Part shown: one piece after another, positions 40,380 to 49,275 of the stretch
Position numbering within the stretch: position 1 is the first letter of the stretch
Layout of the letters: each line of letters starts with the position of its first letter
Sequence record: SRR31156797_9682
Length of the DNA stretch: 62,086 nucleotides
Strand: one strand, 5' to 3'
Notes under the pieces: generated by a model
Told to the model about the DNA's origin: nothing
The model's input: the letters and a program-made list of their open reading frames with translations, nothing else
Databases searched by the model: none
Made by a program: the position numbers and the translations under genes

Positions 40380-41645
40380 TTGAAACTTCAGGCTATAAAC
40401 GGATTTAAAGACATTCTGCCAGATAACGCCCTCCTCTGGCAACAAATCGAACAAAGGGCCCGAGATATTTTTCAACGATTCGGTATGAGGGAAATCAGAG
40501 TACCGATCATGGAAAAAACCGATTTATTTGTCCGCTCCATCGGTGAAGCAACGGATGTGGTTGAAAAGGAGATGTATACCTTTACTGATAAATCAATAAC
40601 CATGCGTCCGGAAGCTACCGCTTCCATTATGCGGGCTTTCATAGAACACGGACTCCATGTGCAACAACCTGTTCAGCGGTTATTCACAATTGGCCCGATG
40701 TTCCGCCATGAACGCCCGCAAAAGGGACGTCAGCGCCAATTCCACCAGCTTGATGCTGAAATCATTGGTGCCCAGGAACCACGAATTGACGCGGAATTGA
40801 TTGCCATGGGCCAAATGCTGCTTGATGAACTTGGCATCAACACAAGCCTCGAACTCAACTCACTTGGCTGCCCGGTATGCAGACCACCTTTCCGCGAAAG
40901 GCTCGTTGCATACCTCAAGCAACACCACGATGCACTTTGCGATGATTGCAAGCGCAGGACCAACACCAACCCGCTCAGGGTACTGGACTGCAAAAAATCA
41001 ACATGCAAAGTGATTGCCAAAGATGCCCCCTCCATATTGGATGGGCTCTGCGAAAACTGTAATGACCACTTCTCTCTTGTCCAGCAAGCACTGCAGGATC
41101 TCGACATCTCGTACACTATCAACCGTTTCATGGTACGGGGACTGGATTATTACACTCAAACCACTTTTGAATTTATCACGAGTGATCTGGGTGCACAAGC
41201 GGCTGTTGGTGCTGGAGGGAGATATGACGGCTTGATAGAGCAACTCGGTGGCCCTCCACTTCCTGGCATTGGTTTTGCCATGGGTATCGAACGTATTGCT
41301 CTGCTGATGGAACAAAAAGAGGATAGCAAACGCCTCACCCAGGAAACCCATTGTTTCATCGCTGCACTTGGGCCAGAGGCAAGTCAGTTATGCAGCCAAC
41401 TGACACAGCAGCTCAGGCTACGTGGAGTAAAAGCAGCCATGGATTACAGCGGTCGCAGCCTTAAGGCACAGATGAAACAGGCAAACCGTGTGCATGCTCG
41501 GTTTGCACTGATAGTTGGCGAAAACGAACTAGAAGAAAAGAAGGCTATTCTCCGCAACATGACGACCCAGGAACAGCAGTCTTTTTCTCTCGCCGGTTCT
41601 GTCCGCGAGCAAAGCGAAAGGTTAACACCCATGCTGCGCACTTAA
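40380..41645 (+). CDS. hisS: histidine--tRNA ligase
   Basis: KEMYTF, MRPEATAS, FRHERPQKGRQRQFHQ, VRGLDYY and GGRYDGL motifs; TTG start. Confidence 0.97.
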   Translation: MKLQAINGFKDILPDNALLWQQIEQRARDIFQRFGMREIRVPIMEKTDLFVRSIGEATDVVEKEMYTFTDKSITMRPEATASIMRAFIEHGLHVQQPVQRLFTIGPMFRHERPQKGRQRQFHQLDAEIIGAQEPRIDAELIAMGQMLLDELGINTSLELNSLGCPVCRPPFRERLVAYLKQHHDALCDDCKRRTNTNPLRVLDCKKSTCKVIAKDAPSILDGLCENCNDHFSLVQQALQDLDISYTINRFMVRGLDYYTQTTFEFITSDLGAQAAVGAGGRYDGLIEQLGGPPLPGIGFAMGIERIALLMEQKEDSKRLTQETHCFIAALGPEASQLCSQLTQQLRLRGVKAAMDYSGRSLKAQMKQANRVHARFALIVGENELEEKKAILRNMTTQEQQSFSLAGSVREQSERLTPMLRT

Positions 41646-41762
41646 ACTAAAAACACCTTTAATACAATATTTCAGCACTATTGTTCTTAAACAAAAACGG
41701 ACAGTTTGCGCTGCAACGCGCCGTTTCCGGCTTAAACCGACGGCCTTATTCTGGAGAAAAGT

Positions 41763-43547
41763 ATGGAATCAATGGGAACGCTACGGCGAACACATAACTG
41801 CAACGATCTTGGGCGGGAAAGCCTGTCACAGGAAGTAACCCTCATGGGGTGGGTTTTACGTCGTCGTGATCACGGTGGGGTTATCTTCATCGACCTTCGT
41901 GATCGCTGGGGTATTACCCAGATCGTTTTTAACCCCGAAGTCAACAAGGAGGTGCACGCAAAAGCCCACCAACTTCGCAATGAGTGGGTACTTGCAGTGC
42001 GGGGTAAAGTCGAACTGCGCCCCGGAGACATGGAAAACAAAAAGCTGAAGACCGGCTCCATTGAGATACTTGTTGAAGAGCTGCGCATTCTTAACACCAG
42101 CGAAACACCCCCTTTTCCACTTGATGAAGACGGCGATTTCTCAGACAACCTGCGTCTCCAATACCGTTACCTCGACCTTCGCAGGCCTGAAGTGGCAAGT
42201 AACCTGATCCTCAGGCATCAAGCGCTGCAAACCGTTCGCAACTACCTCAACGACCAGGAATTTCTCGAAATTGAAACACCCATGCTCACTCGGTCAACCC
42301 CCGAAGGTGCTCGCGATTACCTGGTCCCAAGCAGGGTAAGTGCAGGCAAATTCTTTGCCCTCCCACAATCGCCACAGCTCTTTAAACAGATCCTGATGAT
42401 GTCAGGAATGGACCGCTATTATCAAATCGTCAAATGCTTTCGCGACGAAGATCTGCGGGCTGATCGCCAACCTGAGTTCACCCAGATTGATATGGAGCTC
42501 AGCTTTGTCACCCAAGAGGACATTATCGCCATTGTTGAGGGCATGATTGCCTCACTGTTCAAGGCTACGGTCGACGTCGACATGAACCTGCCAATCAAAC
42601 GCATGACGTATGATGAGTCCATGCTGCGATTCGGCACAGATAGACCCGACACCCGTTTTGGCCTGGAGCTAGTTGACCTGACCGAAACTCTTAAGGGTTG
42701 CGGATTTAAAGTGTTCAACACAATCATTGAAAAGGGAGGAGCTGTCAAGGCAATCAATGCCAAGAACTGCGCCAATTTCTCCCGTAAAGACCTTGACGAC
42801 CTGACAGAATATGCCGGGCGATTCGGTGCTCGCGGTATGGCCTGGATCAAAATTAAAGAAGACGAGTGGCAGTCACCGATCACTAAATTTTTCAGTGATG
42901 AGGAAATCGCAGCCATGGGCAAAGCACTTGATGCCCAACCCGGCGACCTGATCTTATTTGGAGCTGATAAACTTTCCACAGTTCACCAGGTGCTGGGAGA
43001 ACTTCGACTCGAGTTGGCACGCCGTCTCGACATCATCGAACAAGGTACCTATGATTTCCTCTGGATCACAGATTTCCCGATGTTTGAATACGATGACGAC
43101 AACAAGCGTTTCTCAGCGGTCCACCATCCTTTCACAGCGCCTTTTGACGACCAGCTGGATATGCTCGAAACAGATCCAGGTGCAGTAAAAAGTCAGGCGT
43201 ACGACCTGGTCTTAAACGGCAATGAAATCGGCGGCGGATCTATACGTATCCACAATCCAGCGGTACAGGAAAAAGTTTTCAAAGCGCTGGGAATTGATGA
43301 CGAAGAAGCCCAGGAGAAATTCGGTTTTCTCCTTAAAGCTCTCACCTATGGTGCGCCACCCCACGGCGGCATTGCTTTCGGTGTTGACCGCCTCATCATG
43401 CTCCTGACAGGCTCTTCATCCATTCGAGAAGTAATCGCCTTTCCAAAAACCCAAAAGGCAACCTGTCTCTTGACGGAAGCGCCAGCTGCTGTCAGCCGCA
43501 AACAATTGACAGAGCTGCACTTACGACCTGACTGGAAAGAGGCTTGA
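41763..43547 (+). CDS. aspS: aspartate--tRNA ligase
   Basis: RRRDHGGVIFIDLRD, PEGARDYLVPSR, FRDEDLRADRQPEFTQ and GAPPHGGIAFG motifs. Confidence 0.97.
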   Translation: MESMGTLRRTHNCNDLGRESLSQEVTLMGWVLRRRDHGGVIFIDLRDRWGITQIVFNPEVNKEVHAKAHQLRNEWVLAVRGKVELRPGDMENKKLKTGSIEILVEELRILNTSETPPFPLDEDGDFSDNLRLQYRYLDLRRPEVASNLILRHQALQTVRNYLNDQEFLEIETPMLTRSTPEGARDYLVPSRVSAGKFFALPQSPQLFKQILMMSGMDRYYQIVKCFRDEDLRADRQPEFTQIDMELSFVTQEDIIAIVEGMIASLFKATVDVDMNLPIKRMTYDESMLRFGTDRPDTRFGLELVDLTETLKGCGFKVFNTIIEKGGAVKAINAKNCANFSRKDLDDLTEYAGRFGARGMAWIKIKEDEWQSPITKFFSDEEIAAMGKALDAQPGDLILFGADKLSTVHQVLGELRLELARRLDIIEQGTYDFLWITDFPMFEYDDDNKRFSAVHHPFTAPFDDQLDMLETDPGAVKSQAYDLVLNGNEIGGGSIRIHNPAVQEKVFKALGIDDEEAQEKFGFLLKALTYGAPPHGGIAFGVDRLIMLLTGSSSIREVIAFPKTQKATCLLTEAPAAVSRKQLTELHLRPDWKEA

Positions 43548-43568
43548 GAGGAAAAAGCCATAGTACAT

Positions 43569-43606
43569 AAAAAAGCCCGGAGCACCATTTGATGCTTCGG
43601 GCTTTT
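43569..43606. terminator. bidirectional terminator between aspS and gloB
   Basis: aaaagcccggagca...tgcttcgggctttt inverted repeat with A/T tracts on both sides. Confidence 0.8.
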
Positions 43607-43664
43607 CTCATTATGTCCCCTTCTATATACTTACGATACTGCGCAAAGACGGCATTCGCCACTA

Positions 43665-44426
43665 TCAGGCATTATCCTTCATCTGACGAATTACCCGAAA
43701 CACCTCTTCCGGTGTACGCTCCATGTCCGGCTCAGCATTTTGCGCTGCAAAACGAATTGCCGACTTATCACAACGAAGAAAAGGGTTGGTATCGAGTTCC
43801 AGCGCCAGATCTGAAGGAGTCCACTCCCCTGCTCCGGTCTCGCACTCTAACCTCTGCACGATTTCACTGTTTGCAGGTTCCAGGGACAGAGCAAATTGCA
43901 GGTTCGCTCGAGTATAGTCATGGCCAGGATAAATTTTAACCTTGGGCGGAAAACACTTAATTATCCGTGCCAAAGAATGGTACATCTTCTCTGGTGTCCC
44001 TTCAAAAAGGCGACCGCAGCCACCGCCAAAAAGGGTATCCCCGGTAAAAAGAGCGTCATCAAAGTGATAGAGGGAACTGCCCCTAGTATGGCCGGGTGCA
44101 TGATACACCTTTCCGTGGAGCTGGCCAACCTTTACCACCTCCAGATCGACCAAAGGATGCGTTAACTCAGGGATGCGCCCTTGCTCACTCTCATGCCCAT
44201 AAACGGGTAGCCCGGGATAGTCTTTCAAAATTTCCTCAATACCATCGATATGATCTCGATGGTGATGAGTGCAAAAAATTGCCTGGGGCTTGAGTTGACG
44301 TTGTGCCAGAGCTGTAACCACTGGATAATATTCGGACGGATCAATAATCGCGCACACCCTTGTTGCTTCACAGAAAAGAAGATAGGAAAAATTGTCAAAC
44401 AAACAGGGAACTGGAATAACAGACAT
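43665..44426 (-). CDS. gloB: hydroxyacylglutathione hydrolase (glyoxalase II)
   Basis: DNFSYL, THHHRDH, PGHT, LFTGDTLFGGGCGRLFEG, GHDY and TNPFLR motifs. Start at ATG 44426 after GGAG. Confidence 0.9.
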   Translation of the reverse strand: MSVIPVPCLFDNFSYLLFCEATRVCAIIDPSEYYPVVTALAQRQLKPQAIFCTHHHRDHIDGIEEILKDYPGLPVYGHESEQGRIPELTHPLVDLEVVKVGQLHGKVYHAPGHTRGSSLYHFDDALFTGDTLFGGGCGRLFEGTPEKMYHSLARIIKCFPPKVKIYPGHDYTRANLQFALSLEPANSEIVQRLECETGAGEWTPSDLALELDTNPFLRCDKSAIRFAAQNAEPDMERTPEEVFRVIRQMKDNA

Positions 44427-44465
44427 AGTTTTTTCTCCTGAAAAAAATCTCAACAGAACTTTTTA

Positions 44466-45569
44466 TCAGACTTTCTCACTCGGATGCCTGCCGTGGTAGG
44501 CCATGGCTGACGAACCGATTTCATCGCGGGTTTTACCAAGGGCCGCAAACGTACCCATTTCCGCTGTCATCTTGAGTGCAGCCTCTATTATGGGAAAAAC
44601 CAAAGCACACCCCGTGCCTTCTCCAAGACGCATATCCATGTCAAGCATTGGCTCCAGGCCTGTAATTTCCTTGAGAAGCTTAGCTCCTGGTTCGAAAGAG
44701 ATGTGTGACGGGATAATATAATCAATGACTTCAGGCTTCAACTGCAGTGCAGTCAGTGCTGCCACATTGGAAATCAACCCATCGGCAACCACTGGAACCT
44801 TTCTGGCAGCACAGGCGAGGTAGATACCGACCATACCTGCAATGTCGAGACTCCCCACCTTGGAAAGTACATCCAAAGGGTCATCACGATCAGGCTGGTG
44901 CAGATGCACCGCATCCTGAACTACCTTCTTTTTATCGGCATATGCCTCATCGCTTAGCCCTGCCCCACGACCGACAACACGATCAATATTCGCACCGGTA
45001 AAGGCATACAGTACAGCACTGGAAGCGGTGGTATTTCCAATACCTATCTCCCCTGTACCAAGAAGATTATATCCGTCATCAATAGCTCGGCCAGCAATTT
45101 CAATCCCAGTCTCGATCCCTTTAATGGCCTCTTCTCGTTCCATTGCAGGTTGCCTGCGAAAATTCGCCGTTCCATAGCGAATCTTTCGCGGGATAACGCG
45201 GGGAAGATCCACATCAACCTGGATACCGATATCCACAGCAATAATATCAGCCCCTGCATGATTGGCCAGGAAATTCACCCCCATCTTGCCGGAGGTTACA
45301 AAATCAGCACCTATCCGGGTGACATCCTGAGGGTACATAGCAATCCCTTCGCCGCACACACCATTATCAGCCATCATGACAATAATAGCTTTTTTACCGA
45401 TAGAGTTGTTTAGTTTACCGGTAATCCCTGCCACCTGGCGAGCGATATCTTCGAGCTTACCAAGGCTTCCGGGGGGTTTGAGACAATAATCAATTTCTCG
45501 CTGGGCTTGTTTCATGATCTCCCGGTCCGTTGCCCGGATCTGCCCGAGGGTCTGCTCTAATATTTTCAC
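44466..45569 (-). CDS. cobT: nicotinate-nucleotide--dimethylbenzimidazole phosphoribosyltransferase
   Basis: KPPGSLGKLE, GEIGIGNTT, GRGAG and MRLGEGTG motifs. Confidence 0.95.
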   Translation of the reverse strand: MKILEQTLGQIRATDREIMKQAQREIDYCLKPPGSLGKLEDIARQVAGITGKLNNSIGKKAIIVMMADNGVCGEGIAMYPQDVTRIGADFVTSGKMGVNFLANHAGADIIAVDIGIQVDVDLPRVIPRKIRYGTANFRRQPAMEREEAIKGIETGIEIAGRAIDDGYNLLGTGEIGIGNTTASSAVLYAFTGANIDRVVGRGAGLSDEAYADKKKVVQDAVHLHQPDRDDPLDVLSKVGSLDIAGMVGIYLACAARKVPVVADGLISNVAALTALQLKPEVIDYIIPSHISFEPGAKLLKEITGLEPMLDMDMRLGEGTGCALVFPIIEAALKMTAEMGTFAALGKTRDEIGSSAMAYHGRHPSEKV

Positions 45570-45574
45570 GAAAC

Positions 45575-46174
45575 CTACCTGTAGTTAAATCGCACCAGAA
45601 TCGGCATATCGCCCATAAATTCAATTTCGGTTAGAGTGGCATTATCCACCTTAAACTTCCAATACCCCGCAGAAATTGACTCGCAAAAATAATGAGCCAT
45701 CAGTGAGCGTATACAGCCCCCATGGGAGACAATCGCCAACTCTTTACCCGCATTTGCACCTACCAACTCATCAACAAAAGAGATAACCCGTTGTTTAAAT
45801 GAACCAAAGGCTTCACTGCCCGGTATTTGCGTCTTCTCCCAGTCGGTCAGCCATGTCTTCCAGGCATCTGGATAACGCTTTTCAATCTCTGTAAAATGCA
45901 GCCCTTCCCATTCACCAAAATGGTATTCCTGGATGCTTGAGTCGGTAATAATAGGCGCTTCGCTTCCAAAAACAAGTGAGGCAGTTTCAGTAGCGCGCTG
46001 CAGCGGACTGGAGAAAATAGTATCTACATCCAGGGCGTTGACACGCTCCCCCAAATAGGATGCCTGGCTTCTACCATGATCGTTTAAAGGGGCATCGGTA
46101 CTGCCCACCAGCACACCGCCTTGATTTTGCTCAGTCTGTCCATGACGGATAAGATACAGTTTCGTTACCTTCAT
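45575..46174 (-). CDS. cobC: alpha-ribazole-5'-phosphate phosphatase (histidine phosphatase)
   Basis: LIRHGQT, SSPLQRA, FGEWEG and VSHGGCIR motifs; ATGA overlap with cobS. Confidence 0.88.
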   Translation of the reverse strand: MKVTKLYLIRHGQTEQNQGGVLVGSTDAPLNDHGRSQASYLGERVNALDVDTIFSSPLQRATETASLVFGSEAPIITDSSIQEYHFGEWEGLHFTEIEKRYPDAWKTWLTDWEKTQIPGSEAFGSFKQRVISFVDELVGANAGKELAIVSHGGCIRSLMAHYFCESISAGYWKFKVDNATLTEIEFMGDMPILVRFNYR

Positions 46175-46947
46175 ATCAAAAAATCCCATGCTAAAAGAAA
46201 ATATAAAAAAGAAAGCATTTCGCTTAATTCAATTGTTGCTCCGATGGTATCACCGGTGATCCCGCCAATTCGGTACTGCAAATAATAAGCAAAAGCTACC
46301 GCCAGTACAATAGCAGTCCCATGGAGGGCTGCAAGAGACCACATGACCGACCCAAGAGACATACCTGTAAAAAATAATACCAGGCTAGTGACCACTAACG
46401 AGCATACAGTAGCAGTAAGCGCCTGAGGCAAACCAACACGATCGGTAAACGCTCCCATCCCTGATTGCTCCCTGGCATAGGTAGCCACTGCAGCATGCCA
46501 GGTTGTGGCCATGCGACCAAGGACTGGAGCACAGAGCAGAGCGGTCACGCCCCCTGCAAGCGGTATGTTTTTCAAGGTAATAAACTTCAGCAGAATGGTC
46601 AAAACCACAGCCACCACCCCGTTGGTCCCCAAGGTCGAATCACGCATGATCTCCAGCACTCGCTCTCTTGGGCGATAACTGAAAAGACCGTCTGCCGAAT
46701 CCCCCATACCATCAAGATGGAGACCACCGGTGACAGTGATAAGAATAATCAAAGCGAGAAAGCTCGAGACCTCAGCCCCGAAATAAGGAAAACACAGATA
46801 CAGAATGACTGCAGCAGGCAGGCCGACCAAAAAACCGACAATGGGCATCCATTTCATACCCTGGACAAACCTGTCAACAGTAAAATCTATCTGCAGCGGG
46901 ATAGGGTAACGGGTCATAAATTGAATCATCAACAGTAGGTTAGACAT
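46171..46947 (-). CDS. cobS: adenosylcobinamide-GDP ribazoletransferase (cobalamin synthase)
   Basis: FMTRYP, TGGLHLDGMGDSADG, IMRDSTLG and GGITGDTIGA motifs. Confidence 0.95.
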   Translation of the reverse strand: MSNLLLMIQFMTRYPIPLQIDFTVDRFVQGMKWMPIVGFLVGLPAAVILYLCFPYFGAEVSSFLALIILITVTGGLHLDGMGDSADGLFSYRPRERVLEIMRDSTLGTNGVVAVVLTILLKFITLKNIPLAGGVTALLCAPVLGRMATTWHAAVATYAREQSGMGAFTDRVGLPQALTATVCSLVVTSLVLFFTGMSLGSVMWSLAALHGTAIVLAVAFAYYLQYRIGGITGDTIGATIELSEMLSFLYFLLAWDFLI

Positions 46948-47518
46948 GGACTCCGTCCCCTTTTATTTGTACAGGAATACCAGACACAACCATAATTACC
47001 TCGTCTGCTGCAGCAGCCATGCGCTGATTGACCCGACCACTGCAATCCCGAAAAAAACGGGACAACGGTGTACCCGGGACGATTCCCAACCCCACCTCAT
47101 TGGTCACCGCAAACAGATGACCAGCATACAGCTCCTGGGCAGCTAGCAGGGCATCAATTTCCGCCAAAACCCGTTGTTCAATCTGGGCCATGCTTTCCAC
47201 GGTTGGCTGGTCCCAATCAATGTATGAATCATGAAGGATGATATTTGTAGTTAAGACAGTAAGGCAGTCGAGCAAAAAACCATCATACTGCTCTTTATGA
47301 TCACTGATAATCGATGACGGCTGCAAAGGTTCTTCAAATGTCTGCCATACTGCTGGCCGCTGTATCCTGTGCCTGGCGACCCTCTCTTCCATTTCTGCAT
47401 CTAGCGCACGCGCAGTGGCAATATAGGCTATGCTTTCACAGCCTCTGCCTATCTGCTGCTCTGCATAACTGCTTTTACCGCTGCGGGCTCCCCCCGTAAC
47501 CAATGTCAAGCGCCCCAT
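46940..47518 (-). CDS. cobU: bifunctional adenosylcobinamide kinase / adenosylcobinamide-phosphate guanylyltransferase
   Basis: GGARSGKS, YIATA, EMEERVARHR, LDCLT, NEVGLGIVP and FRDCSGRVNQ motifs; ATG at 47518 preferred. Confidence 0.95.
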   Translation of the reverse strand: MGRLTLVTGGARSGKSSYAEQQIGRGCESIAYIATARALDAEMEERVARHRIQRPAVWQTFEEPLQPSSIISDHKEQYDGFLLDCLTVLTTNIILHDSYIDWDQPTVESMAQIEQRVLAEIDALLAAQELYAGHLFAVTNEVGLGIVPGTPLSRFFRDCSGRVNQRMAAAADEVIMVVSGIPVQIKGDGVHV

Positions 47519-47619
47519 ATCAACTCTGTATCCACTATTTACCTCATGAGAGTCCCTGCTGCGTATCACGCGCACAGGTAGGGACAGGTGAGCAGGATCT
47601 CCACCACGAAGATCACTGC

Positions 47620-47830
47620 CTAGAAGAAGTACCTGGCTTACCCAAGAGTATTAGAAATACAGTCGCGGGACAGCACGGAACCCACACAAGCCAAGTAACA
47701 TATTGAGACTAAAGGATAAACCAATTGGACTAAATAAAAACAACAGCAAACTAAGCTGGTTACGGTATCACGCCTAAAATACCGTGTACTTCGGAAAATG
47801 CCCAACATAAAATATTTCCCTGCCTGCCGT
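47620..47830 (-). ncRNA. cobalamin-riboswitch-like leader, atypical or degenerate
   Basis: Minus strand contains 'ccgtgctgtcccgcgactgta' (P5/P6-like) and 'aagccag' (partial B12 box) directly upstream of cobU. The 5' elements are displaced by about 100 nt. Confidence 0.5.
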
Positions 47831-47951
47831 TGACTTCCTTCACGGAAAACGAGAATATCATAGCAGAAACTTGCAAGACTGCCAATGGCGCTGTCAAGTT
47901 TGCGACAGAACAAAAAAAGTGTCCCTTTTACTTGCCCGCGTCATAGACCTT

Positions 47952-48173
47952 CTAATCATCATCGAGAAGGTCTTTTGTGTTAAGTTCCCTTTCGATATCC
48001 TTGTCAGACATTGTGCCAAGAAAAACTTGTGCGTCTGACTCTAGAGTGGTTTGATGACACAGACAATATAGTTCAATCGCTGTGTCGCTCCATCCTTCCT
48101 CCCTAAGCTTTTCATAATGTACTTGATAGAAATCATTTACTATTTCATACAACATTACTTCTCTGGTATCCAT
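47952..48173 (-). CDS. hypothetical acidic protein (73 aa)
   Basis: GGAGG RBS before ATG at 48173; follows arsC on the same strand. Confidence 0.55.
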   Translation of the reverse strand: MDTREVMLYEIVNDFYQVHYEKLREEGWSDTAIELYCLCHQTTLESDAQVFLGTMSDKDIERELNTKDLLDDD

Positions 48174-48308
48174 CAATGTACCTCCTGTGTTAGTTCCAAC
48201 CATTTGTTAAACAATGTTGGCAAAGCGAGGTTATTTGTTGTTTGCTGAAGAGTTACTGTTCAATTGACAGCGCTCATAAATTGAACAAAACAGCTAGTGG
48301 ACTCATTT

Positions 48309-48734
48309 TTAATATTTGCCCGGCAACGCATCTACATATACTTTTATTTCATCTCTTACCCTTCTATAAATATCGAGTTTTTCACCTTCATCCTTTATAT
48401 CACGTGCTAACTTTGGCGGATCATCAAATGACTGACATATCACATTCACTTCAGGTGGAAAAGAGGGGCATTTTTGTGCTGCTACACTGCAGACCGTAAC
48501 AACCAGATCAATATCCTCTTGAAGAAAATCCCTAACCGCATGAGTTTCTTGGCCTGAGATATCGACACCAACTTCTTGCATGACCTTAACCGCAAAAGGA
48601 TCAAGCGGCCCGGTGCTAATCCCCCCAGAATAGGCATTAATCTTATCCGGATGGAGATGTCGAGCCCAACCTTCGGCTATTTGACTTCGGCAAGTATTCA
48701 TCTCGCAAACGAAAAGTACATTCCTTTTTGACAT
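48309..48734 (-). CDS. arsC: arsenate reductase, thioredoxin-dependent LMW-PTP family
   Basis: P-loop FVCEMNTCRSQIAE (CX5R), resolving cysteines VCSVAAQKCP, FDDP, RRVRDEI. Confidence 0.88.
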   Translation of the reverse strand: MSKRNVLFVCEMNTCRSQIAEGWARHLHPDKINAYSGGISTGPLDPFAVKVMQEVGVDISGQETHAVRDFLQEDIDLVVTVCSVAAQKCPSFPPEVNVICQSFDDPPKLARDIKDEGEKLDIYRRVRDEIKVYVDALPGKY

Positions 48735-49275
48735 TTTCAACTCTCGTATTGGTATTGTTGACAATGGAAATCCTAAATTAATGAAACAAAATCTACTATC
48801 AACAGATTACGATTAAGTAAATTAAGCGTTAGGCGATTATAAGGTAAGGGATATGAGCGAGAAGGGAGAACTGCAAAATTAAACAGTGCGCTGACACTTC
48901 TGTGTCATGCCTGTGCAAGCTTTTTTTTACATTTGCACTCTTATCGGTTCCCCCCCTGCCGGTTGGCAAATGGCCAGCGAGGCAACATCCCTTGACAACC
49001 TGACAAAATTATCTGAACACGACACACGCCCCTTGCTGTTTAACCCTTTTTTGTTTAAAAAAAGTCACCCGCCAGCAAGGATTCGACCGTACAGATCGGC
49101 AAACGCTGAGTAGGCTGGGCAATAGCTTTCGAAACGCAGTCTCAAGACTGCCGGGCGCTTTTTATGAAACGGGCCGCCAGCTAAAATGGGCAACATGTAT
49201 GAATAGCCCTTTCAAATAAAGGATGTAACTATCACACCTCCATAAACTTCCGTTTTTCATTAACCCACCTGGTAT

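Noticed and set aside
41763-42060. Calling aspS non-discriminating (Asp/Asn)
   Set aside because: The His in RRRDHGG fits, but the second determinant region (RPGDMEN) is ambiguous by eye, so it was left uncalled.
49060-49160. tRNA-like T-arm string (ggtcgaatcc on the minus strand)
   Set aside because: No cloverleaf, acceptor stem or CCA can be built.
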